From the human T2T-CHM13v2.0 reference genome, Homo sapiens, in the NCBI RefSeq assembly GCF_009914755.1, contig NC_060946.1: a stretch of 64,000 bases of DNA. One strand, 5' to 3'. Below are positions 30,700 to 45,345 of this stretch, piece by piece (positions within the stretch are counted from its first letter, which is position 1; the number at the start of each line of letters is the position of its first letter). A program made the translations under genes and the position numbers. The notes beneath the pieces are model-generated. The model saw only the letters and a list, made by a program, of their open reading frames with translations. It was not told the DNA's origin and made no database searches.

Positions 30700-33600
30700 T
30701 ATTTTGCTCTTATGTTCTATTTGCTCCATCATTTTTTGCTCCTCTTTCTTTCATGCCTTTTTATATTAACTGAACAATATTCAGCATTCCATTTTAATTC
30801 CTTTATTGGCATTTTAGAAGAATATCTTCATATAATGTGGTGGTTCTCTAGGGATTATAATAAACATCCTGGGCTTATCGCAGTCCACTTAGTGTTAATA
30901 GTCAGCGTTTTCATGTAACATAAAGAAAAGTTGCGGCAAAATTGTTGTGTTTAGTCTCCTGTCAGAGCTATTAATTTAGAATATTTTACACACATTATCA
31001 ATAGTACACTTAATTTTTTATTCAAAGCATCAGTTGTTTGTTATAAAACTAAAAAAAAAAAGCCTTAGTTTTTCACGTTTATGCACATGCCATTCCTAGA
31101 GCTTCTCCTTGTTTCCTGCAGGTCAGAATTTCCATCTGTTGTTATCTTTCTTTAGCCTAAAAAATTTCCGTTTGCATTTCTTGTATCTAGGTCTGCTAAT
31201 GACAATTGTTTGAAGCTTTCTTTTATCTGAATAAATCTTTCTTTTCTCAAGAATTACTTTATCTAGTTATAGAATTTGGAGTTGACAGTTTTCTTTTGAA
31301 GATGTAGTTTCATTGCTTTTTAAAGTGTCATTTCTGATGACAGGTCATCTGTCTATTTGTTTCCACGGATGTAAATTATTTTCTCCCTCCCTTTAGCTAC
31401 TTTCAAGATTTACTCTTTTTTTTGCCCAGTGGTTTGACTATGGTATGTCTACATTTGGTTCTCTTTATTTTTATTCTGTTCTTTGAGTTTCTTAAACCTG
31501 TAAGTTGATATATGCTGACAATTAGGAAAACTTTTGGTCTTTACTTTTTCAAATAGCTTTTTCTGTCTCATTTACTTCTCTACTCTTTCTAGGACTCCAA
31601 TTATATTAGTGCTAGACTGGCCCTATTTTTATTATTTTTCTTCGTTTGTATTAACTGTATTGGGAAATTGTTCTTGATCTGTTTTTAAGTGCACTGATAA
31701 TTTTTTGTGCCATCTTTAATTTACTGGTATGTACATAAAATGACATTTTTATAAAAGATATTCTGTCTCTCAGTTCTACAATTTGTCCTATTATCTCTTT
31801 ATCATTTTTACTTCTCTGTTGAGATTCTCCATATATTCCCTCTTATGACCATCTATTCCTTAAATCCTTGAATATGCTTATAATAGCTTATTTTAAATTT
31901 CTTATATTCTAATTCCAGCATGTGGGCCATTTCAATGTCTTAATTCATTGTTTACTTTTTTTGTCATGTGTCATATTTTCCTGGTTCTATGTCTAGGCAG
32001 GTTAAATTATATGTTAGATTATGTGTATGATATTTTGTAGAGATAGGTTCGTTTATTTTCCTTTGAAGAATGACTCTTTTCTAACATTAGTCTTCTTTCC
32101 GTAGTCAAACACCAAACTTTCACTCCTGAGCTATATGCAATGGTTGAAATCTCTGCTCTGTACTAGTAATTTAGCTGTTGTTTTCTGCTGGATTCTATGG
32201 AGTCTCCTTTTATGAATGTGAAATGTAGCAGCCATCATATATCTGAATGAAGTTGAAGTGCTGATTTTAGATTTTTACTCTGTGATATTCTCCTCTGTGA
32301 CTTTCAGTTGTGTGAGATTTCCTCCCATGTCATTCAAATTTCCCAGTTCCTCTTTTCTGTCAGCCTGGAACTCTGTGCTCTTATTCCTCAAGCTAGTAAA
32401 ACTCACCGCTTTACTCGTAGACATCTAATTTTGCACAGACTGGGAAGCGTCATCAGGTGTGAAGTTGCATTGATGCAAATTTAAATCATTGCAATTTTCT
32501 TTATTCTGTGGTCAAATACTTCATCATTAGTGGAGTATTCTACTATTTCTGCCTCTTTTCTGTTTCTCATTACCATCAAATGTGTATTTAATTTTTTTAG
32601 AGTTAATAGTTTTTTCCCTGCATTTGGGTTAGACCTGAGCTACTACCATATTTTGTAATTCAAACTTTTTGTCTAACAATGTTTTAGAAAACTCTTTATT
32701 TGGAGGGAATTCTCAAACTTCTAAATACTCTACAAACATTAGGATCAGGGCTCACATTCCCAGTTTCCCTTGTAGCCAGATGTGCATATGGAACATGGCC
32801 TCAGCTAATGAAGCATACCCACATATTTGAAAGTAAGAAAAGTGTTAAGAGGAACTGTAGATATCATTTTAGTTGATGCAAGGATGGAAAAAAATAACCA
32901 ACTTTCACTGGTGAACTTTGTCTTCAATCATTGTTTTCCCGTTGGTAAGTGGCTAATTTTCTGGCCTAGAGGTGGAATTGGTGTGTTGGTAACAATTGAT
33001 TTGATGATAACCTGCTTTTGTCTTTTTAAAAATTGCTAATCCACCATTGTTTCTGGTCCTGTTTTATATTTATGCAGTGTATAATGTCTCATGCAAAATT
33101 TAGTTCTTTGTTTCTCAGCTTAAACTGGATTTTGATGAGCAGTTTTCACCTTCAAATGAAATAAATGGCTTTGGTTGATGTTAGACAAAAATAACAAGAA
33201 GGAATTAAAGAAATATGTTTGTCTTCTTGTAACATTAAATAAATGAAACTGAAAATTCAATAATTCTGCTTCATAAAAAATAGAAAGTTTCTACTGGTTT
33301 TAATTATTTTTGAAGCTGTATCATTAAATGAAATTTCTGCCTCATGGAAGGTTTTTAGAACTATGTAATAATACCATAAAGACCATTAGGAGAGAAATGA
33401 ATAAAGACTGAAAGAAGTAAGCACTGTGTGGTAACATAGATGGCGCACAGTTGTGTGCGTGGAGCCCTAATACATTTGACCATGGAATTTATACAATAAA
33501 TGTTAGTTTCCTGTGAACCTGCTAATTAATATGACTTTTGCAGACATTTCCTTAACCTAAACAGTTTGGGTTTCCTGTATATAGACTGCATGTATTCTCA

Positions 33601-34584
33601 TCTTTAACCTTTCCATAATCTTCCCTAATTACAGATGTCATTGGTTCTTAATAGCAAAAGAACAGCAGTAGCTTATAAAGTTATATTATTTGTTTTTTAC
33701 TAATATGTGAAGTGATTTTGTCTTTCATTTCACCTCTAGAGCTAATTATGTCTTCTAGGTTAACAAAATTTCCAGATCATACCATCATTAGTTTAAACTT
33801 TACAATGAAATCATTATTTCCATTTATTACTAGCCTGCATTATAGCAATATTTAGCTAATAAATTCTCAAAATATTTCTTGAAAGGTGAAAGAGTACCTC
33901 AAGTAAATGGTGTAATTTATTTATTTATCAGAATTTTAAATTAATTGTTCTGTTTAATCTCAAAGGGGTACCAATGAAGTCAGGGCATAAGGACTCCGTG
34001 GTTAATAAAATGGCAAGAATTAAAAAGGATTATTACATTTTTTCCTCATACTATGATGGCTATAATTTTTTAAAACAGTAGAAATGTTTAATTTTTAAAG
34101 GCTACTAGTGTCTATTTCATTCAAAGATGTGAGCTCTTCAGTTCAACTTGTTGTTTGAAATTTGAACAGCTTTTTCTTGCTCTTGTTCAATACAGTTACT
34201 TAACAGTCCAGGCAGGCCTCTGGAGTTACATATATGTATGTGGCTATGTGTGTATATATACACAGAAGTACAAATAGCATATAAACAATTTACATAAGAC
34301 TTTTGCTTTTGATGAAAATTCTTCTAAAGGTGAATATAAATTAATAGCATATGGAGCCTACAAAAATTGTCTAATAGGGAACTAGGAAAAGATAATTTGT
34401 GAAGAAAGAGTTCGCTAAAACAGACTTTTTATTTTTACATGTAATAACATTATATTGAAGGGTTTCCAGAAATATAAAATGTTATAGGGCACTTATCCTG
34501 AGACACACGAAGGAGACAAGGGATAGAGCTAGGATGGAAGTGAAAATAAAGGGCAAATAGAGATAGATACTTAAGTGGAAATGA

Positions 34585-34830
34585 AACACTGCATGTTCTC
34601 ACTCATAGGTGGGAATTGAACAATGAGAACACATGCACACAGGAAGGGGAACATCACACACCAGGGCCTGTTTTGGGGTGGGGGGTGGGGGTAGGGATAG
34701 CATTAGGAGATATACCTAATGCTAAATGACGAGTTAATGGGTGCAGCACACCAACATGGCACATGTATACATATGTAACTAAACTGCACGTTGTGCACAT
34801 GTGCCCTAAAACTTAAAGTATAAAAAAAAA
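34585..34830 (+). mobile_element. 5'-truncated L1PA3/4-like 3' end
   Basis: catgttctcactcataggtggg...cctaatgctaaatgacgag...ccctaaaacttaaagtataaaaaaaaa. Confidence 0.93.
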
Positions 34831-36748
34831 TCATCAAACAGGTGGTAATTTCAAAACATGGCTTTTCCAGGCAGCCAATTTTCTGAATGTATCGCAAAAG
34901 AAGATAAATTGCATGTCTATGTAGATCATGTCAATGAAATAAACAATAAAGTTACTTATTGGAATATTGAAAGTGGTTGATAATAAATAAATTATTTATA
35001 TTTATGGTAAAAGCAATAAACTTGATTTTTAGGGGGTTCAATGACTTCCTGAAAATATCCTCTCACAGATTTTCTCAGAGTGTCCAGTTGGCAAAAGCGC
35101 AGCTCCAAATAGCTATTTCTGTCAACGTCTACAGAACATTTACAGTTTGATTTCCAAAAGTTTCCATTTCTACTGACCTTACAAATTTGTAAAGTGAATG
35201 CCCACCAGGATAAAATATTAAGTGATAAAATTAATTGGATCCTACAAGTGAAAATCTAGGCAAGGAAAATCTTCTTCCTTCTTAATGAATGATTTTTATG
35301 TCTCTTCATTCTTGTCCTTCTAGGTAAAGCAACACTCTGGAGAACTTCTTTTGAGGCATTTCACCACGAGAGTAAGTGTGATGTATGAGTAATTAGTCCA
35401 CCCACAGGGATCTGGTGAAATTAAATGGGAAGTTATTTCCTAACTGGCATATCTTGGAGTAAAATTAATCTAATAACAGCTTTCATAAGAGAACATAAGC
35501 TTAAAAGACAACATTTTTCATTCAACTTTACCAAACAAAGTGCAAATTTAGGTGTCCAGTTGTGAAGTTTGGTTGTGTGTGGATTGTACGGTGAAGGTAT
35601 CAGTGGACAACAGTTGCTCATCAAGCAAGTTTATACAAAAGCTTTTGGACAAGTCCAACTCTAGATAAAATTCGAAAGTATTTCATGCTTGTGTTCAGAG
35701 TTTCTTTTTCTCTCTCCAAGGTAACCCACATATCAAAAGACATACGGGTTGTGGGTAGAACTTCCTAAAATTGCTGGTGAGAAGTGTGCCATGCATAAGC
35801 ATACTTCACTAGCTTGAATTTTCTGTTAGTCTCACAGGCAACAATTACAATCCTGTATGTTTTTCTATCTCCAGACACTCCTGAACATAAAAAGACCAAG
35901 TAACATCCCTGGTTAAGATGTGTACAGGTTCCAAGACATGTCTAAATATATTCACCAAGAGGTTTATTATTTTCACAGTGGCATTCACTAAATCAGTTGT
36001 CAGTGTAGCATTACTCAAGGAATACGCAGGGTCTTTAATTTATCAAAGTTTGGAGTGCACCCCAAGTTGGATCACTGAAGCACATAACTATAGATAAGTT
36101 CACTCAAAAGCACAAATCCAGGTAATAAATATTCACTAGTAGTTTATATGCATTTAGCAATTTGAATGCTGTGAAGTGTAGCCCAGAAAATCAATCGACA
36201 TGGAGCTATTAAAGAGGCAATCATGGCACCTGCACTTTGAATCTCTTCAGACTCAGGTTAAACAGGAGACATGGTAGCTCATATATACTGCAAAAACCCT
36301 TCCTCTTTCCCTTTTTATCTATGAACCTGCCCTTTTCAATGTTATCTAGATGCCTGAAGGTATGAATACCCTTGATCTTGGTAAAAAATGGTACCACCCA
36401 TCAGCAAAATCTCACTGATCAGTGTCTATGTTACCTCACTGAGTTAGCCTTTTGTGTTGTTGTGGTCCAGAATGACAATGTTGACACAATCCAAACCAGT
36501 AGTTGGAAAGTTAATGTTGGATGCGTCTTTGACAATTGATGGAATGACCTGAAATCAAATGTGAGGCAGTGGAGACACAAGAATGTTATTCAGGAAGTTA
36601 GTGATCTGTGGAGATACTAAATGAAATATCTGGAAGGAATTGTAATCTTGCAACTATGCTTTTATGTGTTTTTTGACATAAACAGTTTCTATTTATGGTG
36701 GAGCTAGAGTGTCCATTTCCCATGAAGTTCCCATAGTGTTAACTAATA

Positions 36749-37123
36749 CAGTCATGTGTCACTTAATGACAGGGGTGAGTCTGAGAACTGCATTGCTGGA
36801 CAATTTTATTATTGTATGAACATCACAGAGTTTACTTACACAAACCTAGATGCTATAGCTGATTGCATACCTAGGTTAGGTGGTATAGCCTATTCCTCCT
36901 AGGCTACAAACCTGTGCAGCATGTTACTGTACTGAATACTGTAGGCAATTGTAACACAACAGTTAAGTATATCTATACTTACTTATATCTATACAGTAAG
37001 TGTGTCTATACATGTCTAAACATACAAGAGGTACAGTACAAATACAGTGTTATGATTTTATTGCACCACTGTCATACAAGTGCACTATCCTTGACCAAAA
37101 TGTTGTTATGTGATGCATGATTG
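36749..37123. mobile_element. Tigger3-type MITE (TcMar)
   Basis: TIRs cagtcatgtgtcacttaa and ttatgtgatgcatgattg with TA on both sides; core cctaggctacaaacctgtgcagcatgttactgtactgaatac. Confidence 0.88.
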
Positions 37124-37617
37124 TAACAAAAGAATTAATTAAATATAATATCGAAGTGCCTATTGAGATTTCAATGAAGAAAGGAATATTTGTAAATTCT
37201 GATTACCTTAAGTGGGAATTGACTTTCTTCCTGTTTCCATGGCTGTTCTTGTGAAAGAGCATAGCTTTCCAAAGACCTGAAATCTCTGACAAATCTTGCA
37301 ATTCTCTATAGCCTGCATTATGAAGGTCACCTGGTATCAAAAGGGGCAAAATGGTAGATTATAAAGACCTGTACTTTCTTGTCACTTCCTAAACATAGCA
37401 AGCATTGGTCTATCTTGAACATTTCTGCAGTTATAAATGAGCCTTGGGTCATGATTTTCTGCCTTTTTATCATAGACAAGATTTAATTTAGGATATGTCC
37501 TTTTAATGTGTAATGTGAATAGTAAGTGACACTTATGAAGCCTATTTTCTTCCAGCCATTTTAATTGTCAAATCTGTCCAGTCAAGATGCAATGTTAGAG
37601 GTTTCACTGACAACACC

Positions 37618-37620
<3 letters not shown>

Positions 37621-37651
<31 letters not shown>
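37621..37651. repeat. (TG)15 microsatellite
   Basis: Seen directly. Confidence 0.97.
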
Positions 37652-37654
<3 letters not shown>

Positions 37655-38062
37655 CATACATATGATTGAGCAGGATTTATTGTAAGTCAAAACAGTCTCA
37701 AATTTCTTAGGACAATACAGCTTCCTTGGCCATTCCCTTGGAGCTCTGAGTTGAGGAGCTGGTGATGTGTATTTCTTTTGCATGTTCTCCACATTATCCC
37801 TATGCAGGCCTTCCATGGGCTTGGTTTTGGAACCAGTGATGAGGAAGATCATTAGAATTGTTGTTCTCAAAAAGATTCCTCCATTCTTCTGTATAAGCAA
37901 TGGAAATTTTCCCAGACCAATATTTCTTCTTTTGAAATGGTAAATTTTGAATATTAACTGGTTAGTATAATCCCATAAAATAACAAAGTTTGAGCCCTAT
38001 GATCTGTGTTTTAGGCTCAAGTTGTGTTTTATGCTAAATTATCATTTACTCCTTATATGATC

Positions 38063-38235
38063 TTTTTTTTTTTTTTTGAGACAGAGTCTCACACTGTCAC
38101 TCAGGTTGGAGTGCAGTGGCACAATTTTGGCTTACGGCAAGCTCCGCCTCCCAGGTGCACACCATCCTTCTGCTTCAGCCTCCTGAGTAGCTGGGACTAC
38201 AGGTGCCCGCCACCACACCCAGCTAATTGTTTTTT
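38063..38235 (-). mobile_element. Alu right monomer only (AluY-like)
   Basis: Poly-T, gcaagctccgcctccc, ends at the central A-rich linker. Confidence 0.88.
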
Positions 38236-39861
38236 AAGATTAAGGATGAAATAAAAGCTGCTCCCCTATATTACATTCATAAATCAGAATTATTAAAGCA
38301 AGCTATTTATTTATTAGAAACACATACTCCAAATTTAGCATCTAAGACATGACAGTCTTTCAAGAGACATCAATTTACTTTTTAGGGTCTATAGCTATAT
38401 TTGTATTCATGTTATTGGTGTCCATAATATTTCATTAGATGTTCTGGGTAAATTGATAAATGAAAATAATATATGTGATAAGGAGAACAACCTAGGCCTC
38501 CTGGAGGGCCCCTTACAACTCAGCTGGTGTTAGCAGAAATGCCTGGGTGTAACAGTGAGAAACAACCTTTCAAAAGTGTTGAGCAATTTTTCAGGCAGAG
38601 GAATATGTATACCAATCCAGGCAGCAAGATAAGTGGAGATCAATTAAAAGATCAGGGTGTGATTACATTTTTTTTTTTTAGGTTTCTACTGAGAGGAAAT
38701 ATAACACTCAGTTATTATTTTCTCCACATATCTCTGGTTATTTTGTCACAACCTTTTATGTAAGCTACTACCAAACACTGGGTTATCCAAGATCTATGGG
38801 TCGTATTCAATATTTGCTTTTCCCTCAACTACTAACACATTTGATTCCCTTTGTAACTTTCTCCCCTATTTCTCCTTTCAACCTGTTTTCTCCAAACACA
38901 CTGAGTAAATAAGCCTCCTATATACTCTCATAACCTGTTTTATCTAAAGAGATTTCCTTTTTCTACTATTATACCCATCTCATTCCCTAATTTATTTATT
39001 CTTATTTCTCACTCTATTTTTTATTCTTTTAGGCACAGCTCATGTCTCATGACTTTCAAAAAGTTTTTCTTCTGATATTCCCAGCTCGAATTAGGTACAT
39101 CCCAATCAGTTTCCTTAGACTTACAACTCTGCATATTATTGGCTTGCAATCTGTCTTAGGCTGGGAATTAGCTCCTTGTAGGCAGGGGCTAGAATTTATT
39201 TACTCTTATGTCCATAATGCCTGACACAGGAACTATTCTCATATACAAATTGTAGGGCCATAATTCCTGAGAACATATGTACATTGTAGTGACTCATAAA
39301 GGCTTGAAATAAATTTTTAAAATGATTAATTGGGAAGTCCATGAACTTGACATCTTGATGTAGAAGAAAAGCAAGGGCAGATGAAGAAGTTATACAGGAT
39401 ACTTGAAATACCAGAAGAATATAATCAGAGAGCAATAAATTAATCCTAGATTTTTAGATGTGAAGAAGTTCTGAGAAATATTTGAAGACATGGCTCTAGG
39501 GATGAGTACATAACAGAGACCATTAGCCAGAGTCAGAGCTTTTCAGAGTGAAGAAATTGCATTGCAGGGGGAAGGACTCTTGTATACTAAATAGAAATTG
39601 TCATTAAATGGAGACTAAGCAAGAGGCTAATGATCTGTGGATGACAGACGCAGAAAGGTGTGGAGATAGAGGTAAATGCCATAATATACAAAGAGGATAT
39701 TTTTGTACCAGAAAGAAATAATAGGTCTAGAACGTAATAAAAGATAAATAGTTAACTACATTACAATGTGGTCTGAGAACTCACTGAAGGCATAGCCATT
39801 GATATTAACTTCCACTTCGCTTCCAGACAAAAGATTTTAAATATCTTAAAAATTCCATTTG

Positions 39862-40097
39862 ATATTGTATGATTCATCAAGACAGAAAGTAATGCTGTAG
39901 TTGTCCTGGGAGGGCGGGGAATGGGGAGTCACTTTTTAATGGGTACAGGATTTCAATTTTACAAGACAAAAAGAATTATGGAGATGGGTGGTGGTGATGC
40001 TTGCACAACATTGTGAATACGTTTAATGACACTGAATTGTATACTTAACAGTGGTTAAGATGTAAATTGTTGAGTGTGTTTTGCCACAGTTAAAAAA
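39862..40097 (+). mobile_element. L1MB 3' end
   Basis: aatggggagtcactttttaatgggtacagg...ggtggtgatgcttgcacaacattgtgaatac. Confidence 0.85.
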
Positions 40098-40717
40098 CGG
40101 AAAACAATAGTATTTGAAGATATAGCCCATTTCATCTGGTAGCTAGCTGTATGTGTCTGCTCAGCTGTGGATAGATATTTATGCTGTTTCTGAACTGGAG
40201 GTTACTGGTATTCTCTAAGGTAAAGGAAAATTGATCTTATGTGGCTAACTGAGGTGGATATAGTTGTATCAGTCAGACAGTAATGATATAATCATGATAG
40301 TTTACATTTAACACAACTTACATGTGTTATACTTTAGAAAGCACTTCATTCATATTATTACTTCATACCATTTTCCCCTTACCATATTTGTCTCTCCTTT
40401 CTCTGCTGACTTCAGAAAATGTCTCTTCCACACTACTCAATTCATCTCCTTATTTTGTCAAAATTTTAAGTCTCAGAGTCTCCAAAAAAAATTCCAGACA
40501 AGTCTCATCAGCTTTCAGTCATTGATTAATCGATATCCTTAGAGGCTTTCCCTTCCCCTTCTCAATTTAACATAGCTTCCAAATACACTTGCCAGTAAAA
40601 CAAAGTTGTTTATATGGTTTTGTATTTCTTCCTGCTGAATTATGAACATTTTTTCATATTGACATTGATTTCCATCTGGCCATGAAATACTCAAGGTGAA
40701 GAAAATGAAACAAAATT

Positions 40718-40935
40718 GTTAATATTTATCAAGAGCCAGGTACTGTTTTCAGTGTCCTGGAAGCATAAACTAGTGTAACGCTCACCAGATCATATGAGAG
40801 GCAAAAATGGATGAAACTATAAAATCAAGACACAGAGAGTTAAGGGAAATTTCCCAAGATCACACAGCCACTGAGGATATGAACTAGATTTTGACTTCAG
40901 GCTATTTACCCCAGAACCTGTGCTTTCAACCATTA
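40718..40935 (-). mobile_element. MIR
   Basis: cacagagagttaagggaaatttcccaagatcacacagc core. Confidence 0.75.
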
Positions 40936-40994
40936 TTTGTACTGCTTCCCTAAATTACTCTTGAGTACACTGTGACATCATATTTCACCTATGA

Positions 40995-41125
40995 CACTGA
41001 TTATCTGGGGAACTTTGCAACTTATTCTGAATGTGATTCAGTTTTCTTTTCTGTACAGAGATAAAGTCAGTATATACTCCATAGATTCGTTATAAGGATT
41101 ATATGAAATGACACATGAGAAGGCT
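40995..41125 (+). mobile_element. MIR fragment
   Basis: ttcagttttcttttctgtacag...tcgttataaggattatatgaaatga. Confidence 0.55.
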
Positions 41126-42779
41126 TTAAAAGGACATGGAAAGAAATAAGCTTTTTTGTTTTCAATCATTTTTCAATAGGTTATCAGTGTTGTGAATGGT
41201 TCATGAAAAATGACTTTGGGCTCAGTGAGTAACTGAAATGTTGTTGCTTAATAGTGTGTTTAATATTAATATAATAGTAACAAATGTTGTTATTGTTGAG
41301 TAATACTTATTTGGCTTTTCACTGCTTTTCTTTTCTAGTGTTTTAGTCAGAGACTTCTTAAGTCTCCTCAAGTGTGTACACATTTCTTAAATTTGTTGGA
41401 AAGTACCAAATTTAAGATATCTTGCATTTTTTTCTTCCTTAGTAAACACTAAATTCCATCACGCAGCAGAAAAAGGGCTCTGTTATTGTTGGTACAATGG
41501 CTTAATATTCACTTTTATTCCCTGTATCGTAGTTCTGATATAATTGCTATTTAGAATAAAACTTGTTCCTTATTATATGCATTCATAATTATAAAATTTG
41601 TGTTTTAATGCCTTCTACACATATACTGTGCTTTTCTTTATTTCCTTATATCTCTTACTGTTTCATGATCCTGGTATTTGAAATCTCATTAAGTGTTGTT
41701 TGGGGATTTGCTGGGAATGTCATCTATATAGTAATGTCTCAAGTTTGCAGCATCTTTAAAACATAATAGGAGATGGAATTCACAGCAGAGTAATAACCCT
41801 CCCACTTTAGGCAATGTATTTGTGATTGGTATGACTTTGTTCCCAGAGGGCAGTTAGCAACACAATATTAAGGCTATGTGTACAAGGAAAACAAATTTTA
41901 AAAATCTCCTTTAAAAAAAAACAGTTCCCAATCCTAACCAGTATCATGCACAGAATCCGTTTCCACCTCTTCATATGGAAGCAGCTCTGGGTGGACATCT
42001 AGAAAGTTGGATAACTATTTATCACATATGATCTGTAAAGGGAGAGATTTACAAGAAAGTGTTAAATTTAATCCATAGGAAAGCAAAATCAAAAATCAAT
42101 GAATTTTCCATTTGTAGTTTTCCCTAGGGGCTCCACTCTCTAGATGGCTTAAATGCGTTAGAATTAAATGACTAGGCACAATTGTTTGTTAGTGACATAA
42201 AAGCAAGGTAAGCATTTCTGCTTTATGAGTCCAAGCACAGGGACACTTGGTTTTCTTTGGAAGGATATCATAAAGGCAATGTTTATGAGTAATCCCTCAT
42301 TGTCTTTCCTTCTGTAGCATTCAATGGTATGTACTATAATTTAGAAATGAAAACTACTTAAAGACCACTTGCTAAGTTTCATGTATTTCAAATTCTCAGA
42401 TCCTGAGTGTTTAAATATGCCTATATTTCTTCATGAAAAAAACATAATCTTTGCCAAGTTAGAAAAAGAAAGTCATATTCCCATTTTTAACTCAATGTAA
42501 TCAGAAATTTGGACAGTTTTTAGCCTTCAATACATTATGTAATTTAGGTAACAGGCTGAATAAAAGTAAGGAACTTCAGTTAAATTCAGAGAGAAGCTAG
42601 TAATTATTTCTAAGACTCAAATGTATAGAACAGATCTCTGATATTAAGGATAAGACCCTCAAAGGTGACCCAAAATGGGTAATTGTGGGATTATTTTGGG
42701 AGGAATCATCATAGATTCTTACTGCTATAAATACAGTCAAATGTCAGATAAATATACTCCACTGAAATGTTTTCTAGGA

Positions 42780-43110
42780 ATGATGTTGGAACCAATGTTG
42801 GTAATTTTGAAAGTCATGGAGAGGATTTCAGATGATAGAAGTCGGGCAACTATCCCAGGTTTAATAAATAAGCAAATGGTGAGTTCCAAAGCTGCTTTAT
42901 CAATGAGCCTCATATTGATCCTGAGCACAATTTCAGAAAGGTCCATTAAATGGGTCTTTGGAGAGCACTTAGGATAAAAGGCTGGCAGCAGGAATTCACT
43001 AAGAGCAATGGTGCCAAGCTTGCCTCTTTGACATTGTTATCTGACTGATAAAGGTAGGCTATAGTGGTACACAATACAGATATTTCCAGGGTAAAGCTGT
43101 TGAGCTGCTG
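42780..43110 (+). mobile_element. Ancient CR1/L3 LINE RT fragment
   Basis: EPMLVI..ISDDRSRAT...MSLILILSTISERSIKWVFGEHL resembles CR1 EPLSIIF..VPEDWRRAN...VSLTSIPGKILEQIIK..CEHL; followed by QHGFTK-like and KAFD-like sequence. Confidence 0.65.
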
Positions 43111-44927
43111 TAATTTTCCTTGCCTCTTCACTATCTTCTCCTATATTTGACTCCCAAGGAAAAGATAGTTGACTTTTAATCTAGAAATGTATGTTAATTG
43201 GCAAAAACAAACAAATGAAACCAAAAACTATCCTTTAGGCTTCTCTCTGCTCAATTATTAGATCATATGAATGTGCCCTTAGGAAACACAGAAGGCCCAC
43301 ACTATTATAGAGACAAATTTCTTACATTCTCTGCTGTTTAATGCTCTTCAAAAGACTTACCATACTTCGCTAATTTGATTACCAACTACTTGAACACAGG
43401 GACCAATGTGCTTATTAAAAATTTTGCATATTATGAGGGCATTAACTTTTAAGTATTCGATTGTTAAGACAATATATATTATTATAAACCATAGAAGGCA
43501 CACTTATTACCTCCTTAAGAACCAGTCTCTATTTCTCTGGTTCATAGAACTCCAAGGTCATAGAGGGATTGGACATTCGTGTCTTCAATTGGCCCTCTTC
43601 AGCCCTAGGATAAATAGTGATTAATCTAAGCCAATGGTTTTCGGCTCTGTCTGACCCAATGCCTCTACTTCATAAGAAATTCTTCAAAGACCCCTTCACT
43701 ATTCTAAACTATTAGTGAGAACACAATGTATGCATTCAAGTTGTTGAAAATATTAATGTTATGCTGAAGCTAACAAAGGAGAAATAATTTACTGTCAATA
43801 TATGATCCAAAATGTATATAATTGTGCCAGAACATTTACATATCAAATACAATAGAACATAATGAAATTTTCATATCTTCGCCCATACCTTGAAACACTG
43901 TAAATAAAAAGCTACAAATATAGTTTCATTGAATAACCAAATGCCAAAACTGCCATTTCTGTTTTTGACATGATTGATCTGCATTGGTAAATGTAATAGA
44001 TACTTTCTGTTTGGCCCTTGTCCCCTGTTATACTCCCCTATTTACTGGCTTTTGTCCAAGTGGAATGGTCCATATTGAATATCTCAATCTGTTCCCTTGC
44101 TCATTGCCTTCTATGCATGTTCATGAGATTAAAGGGAAGGAGGAAATGGGATTGGGGGTTATTGCCTAAACTCCCTCTCTGCTAGGTCTCCTTGACCAAT
44201 CTTTTTCATAAGAAAATTAGTGTTTCCTTGCGTGATCAGGGAAGTTTACTCCCCAGAATTCTGCCTGCTGCTACTAACCCAGAGTTATTGTGGGGTGTGA
44301 TTTCTGTGATTCCTTCACCCTTCTCCCCTGACATTTTCGTAAGTAGTCTCTTTGGAAATAAACCCATGTTAAATTATCGTAGTTTGAGTGTGTTCTGTTT
44401 TTCCTATTGAGACTCTGAAATGAGTATCTAAATGAAAAAATCTACCATCTTTTCTCATATACATAGTAGTTTCATTCTTGCAAAATTCATGGCATATTAA
44501 AACCATGCAAAAGTACTTGGCACTTAGGCAGTTACATTTGGGATTGTATAATTAAACAAAGCAGGTTACTCACCTTCATTACATTAGAAAGTCATTCAGG
44601 ACATACAGCAATCCTTAATTAGGAGAGGCTATCCCATGTTACTGGACATATGGCATCCCTGTTTTCCAATCCTTAAAGTTTTTCCTTAAAGTTCCAAAAT
44701 GCCATCACTTATTATTTCCTGCCATTGGATTTTGTCACATGAAGTTGTAAGTCTGGGAATGCCATAGCCATCTTGAAAACATAGGTAGAAAGATAAGAGA
44801 ATCACAAAGTGGATCATGTTGAATTAACTAAGCATTGATACCATCTATTTGTTGTGCGATTTGGTAAAAGTTGCTCCTTGTTTTTTTCTTTAATTAGTTG
44901 ACTATTCTGTTACTTGAAGCTAAAAAC

Positions 44928-45243
<316 letters not shown>

Positions 45244-45345
45244 AAAAACATTTTAACCAATAGCAAAGCACATTGTTTCATTACATTTTTTCAAAAGTTG
45301 CCAGTAATTTCAATTAAAAATATATATAACATGTTTAATGCAATA

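Larger units (their letters stand above)
28225..32690 (-). mobile_element. Ancient L1M fragments (ORF2, ORF1, 5' region), interrupted
   Basis: T-rich strand; ccagtacaatgttgaatagaggtgatga, aattcaccagtgaaa, atactaatatagccac, ctaggactccaatta. Confidence 0.75.

Noticed and set aside
35630-35660. aaagcttttggacaagtcc resembling an RT KAFDKV motif
   Set aside because: No supporting flanking RT motifs; too short to call
37604-37900. 98-aa minus-strand ORF
   Set aside because: No recognisable homology and it runs into the (CA)n repeat
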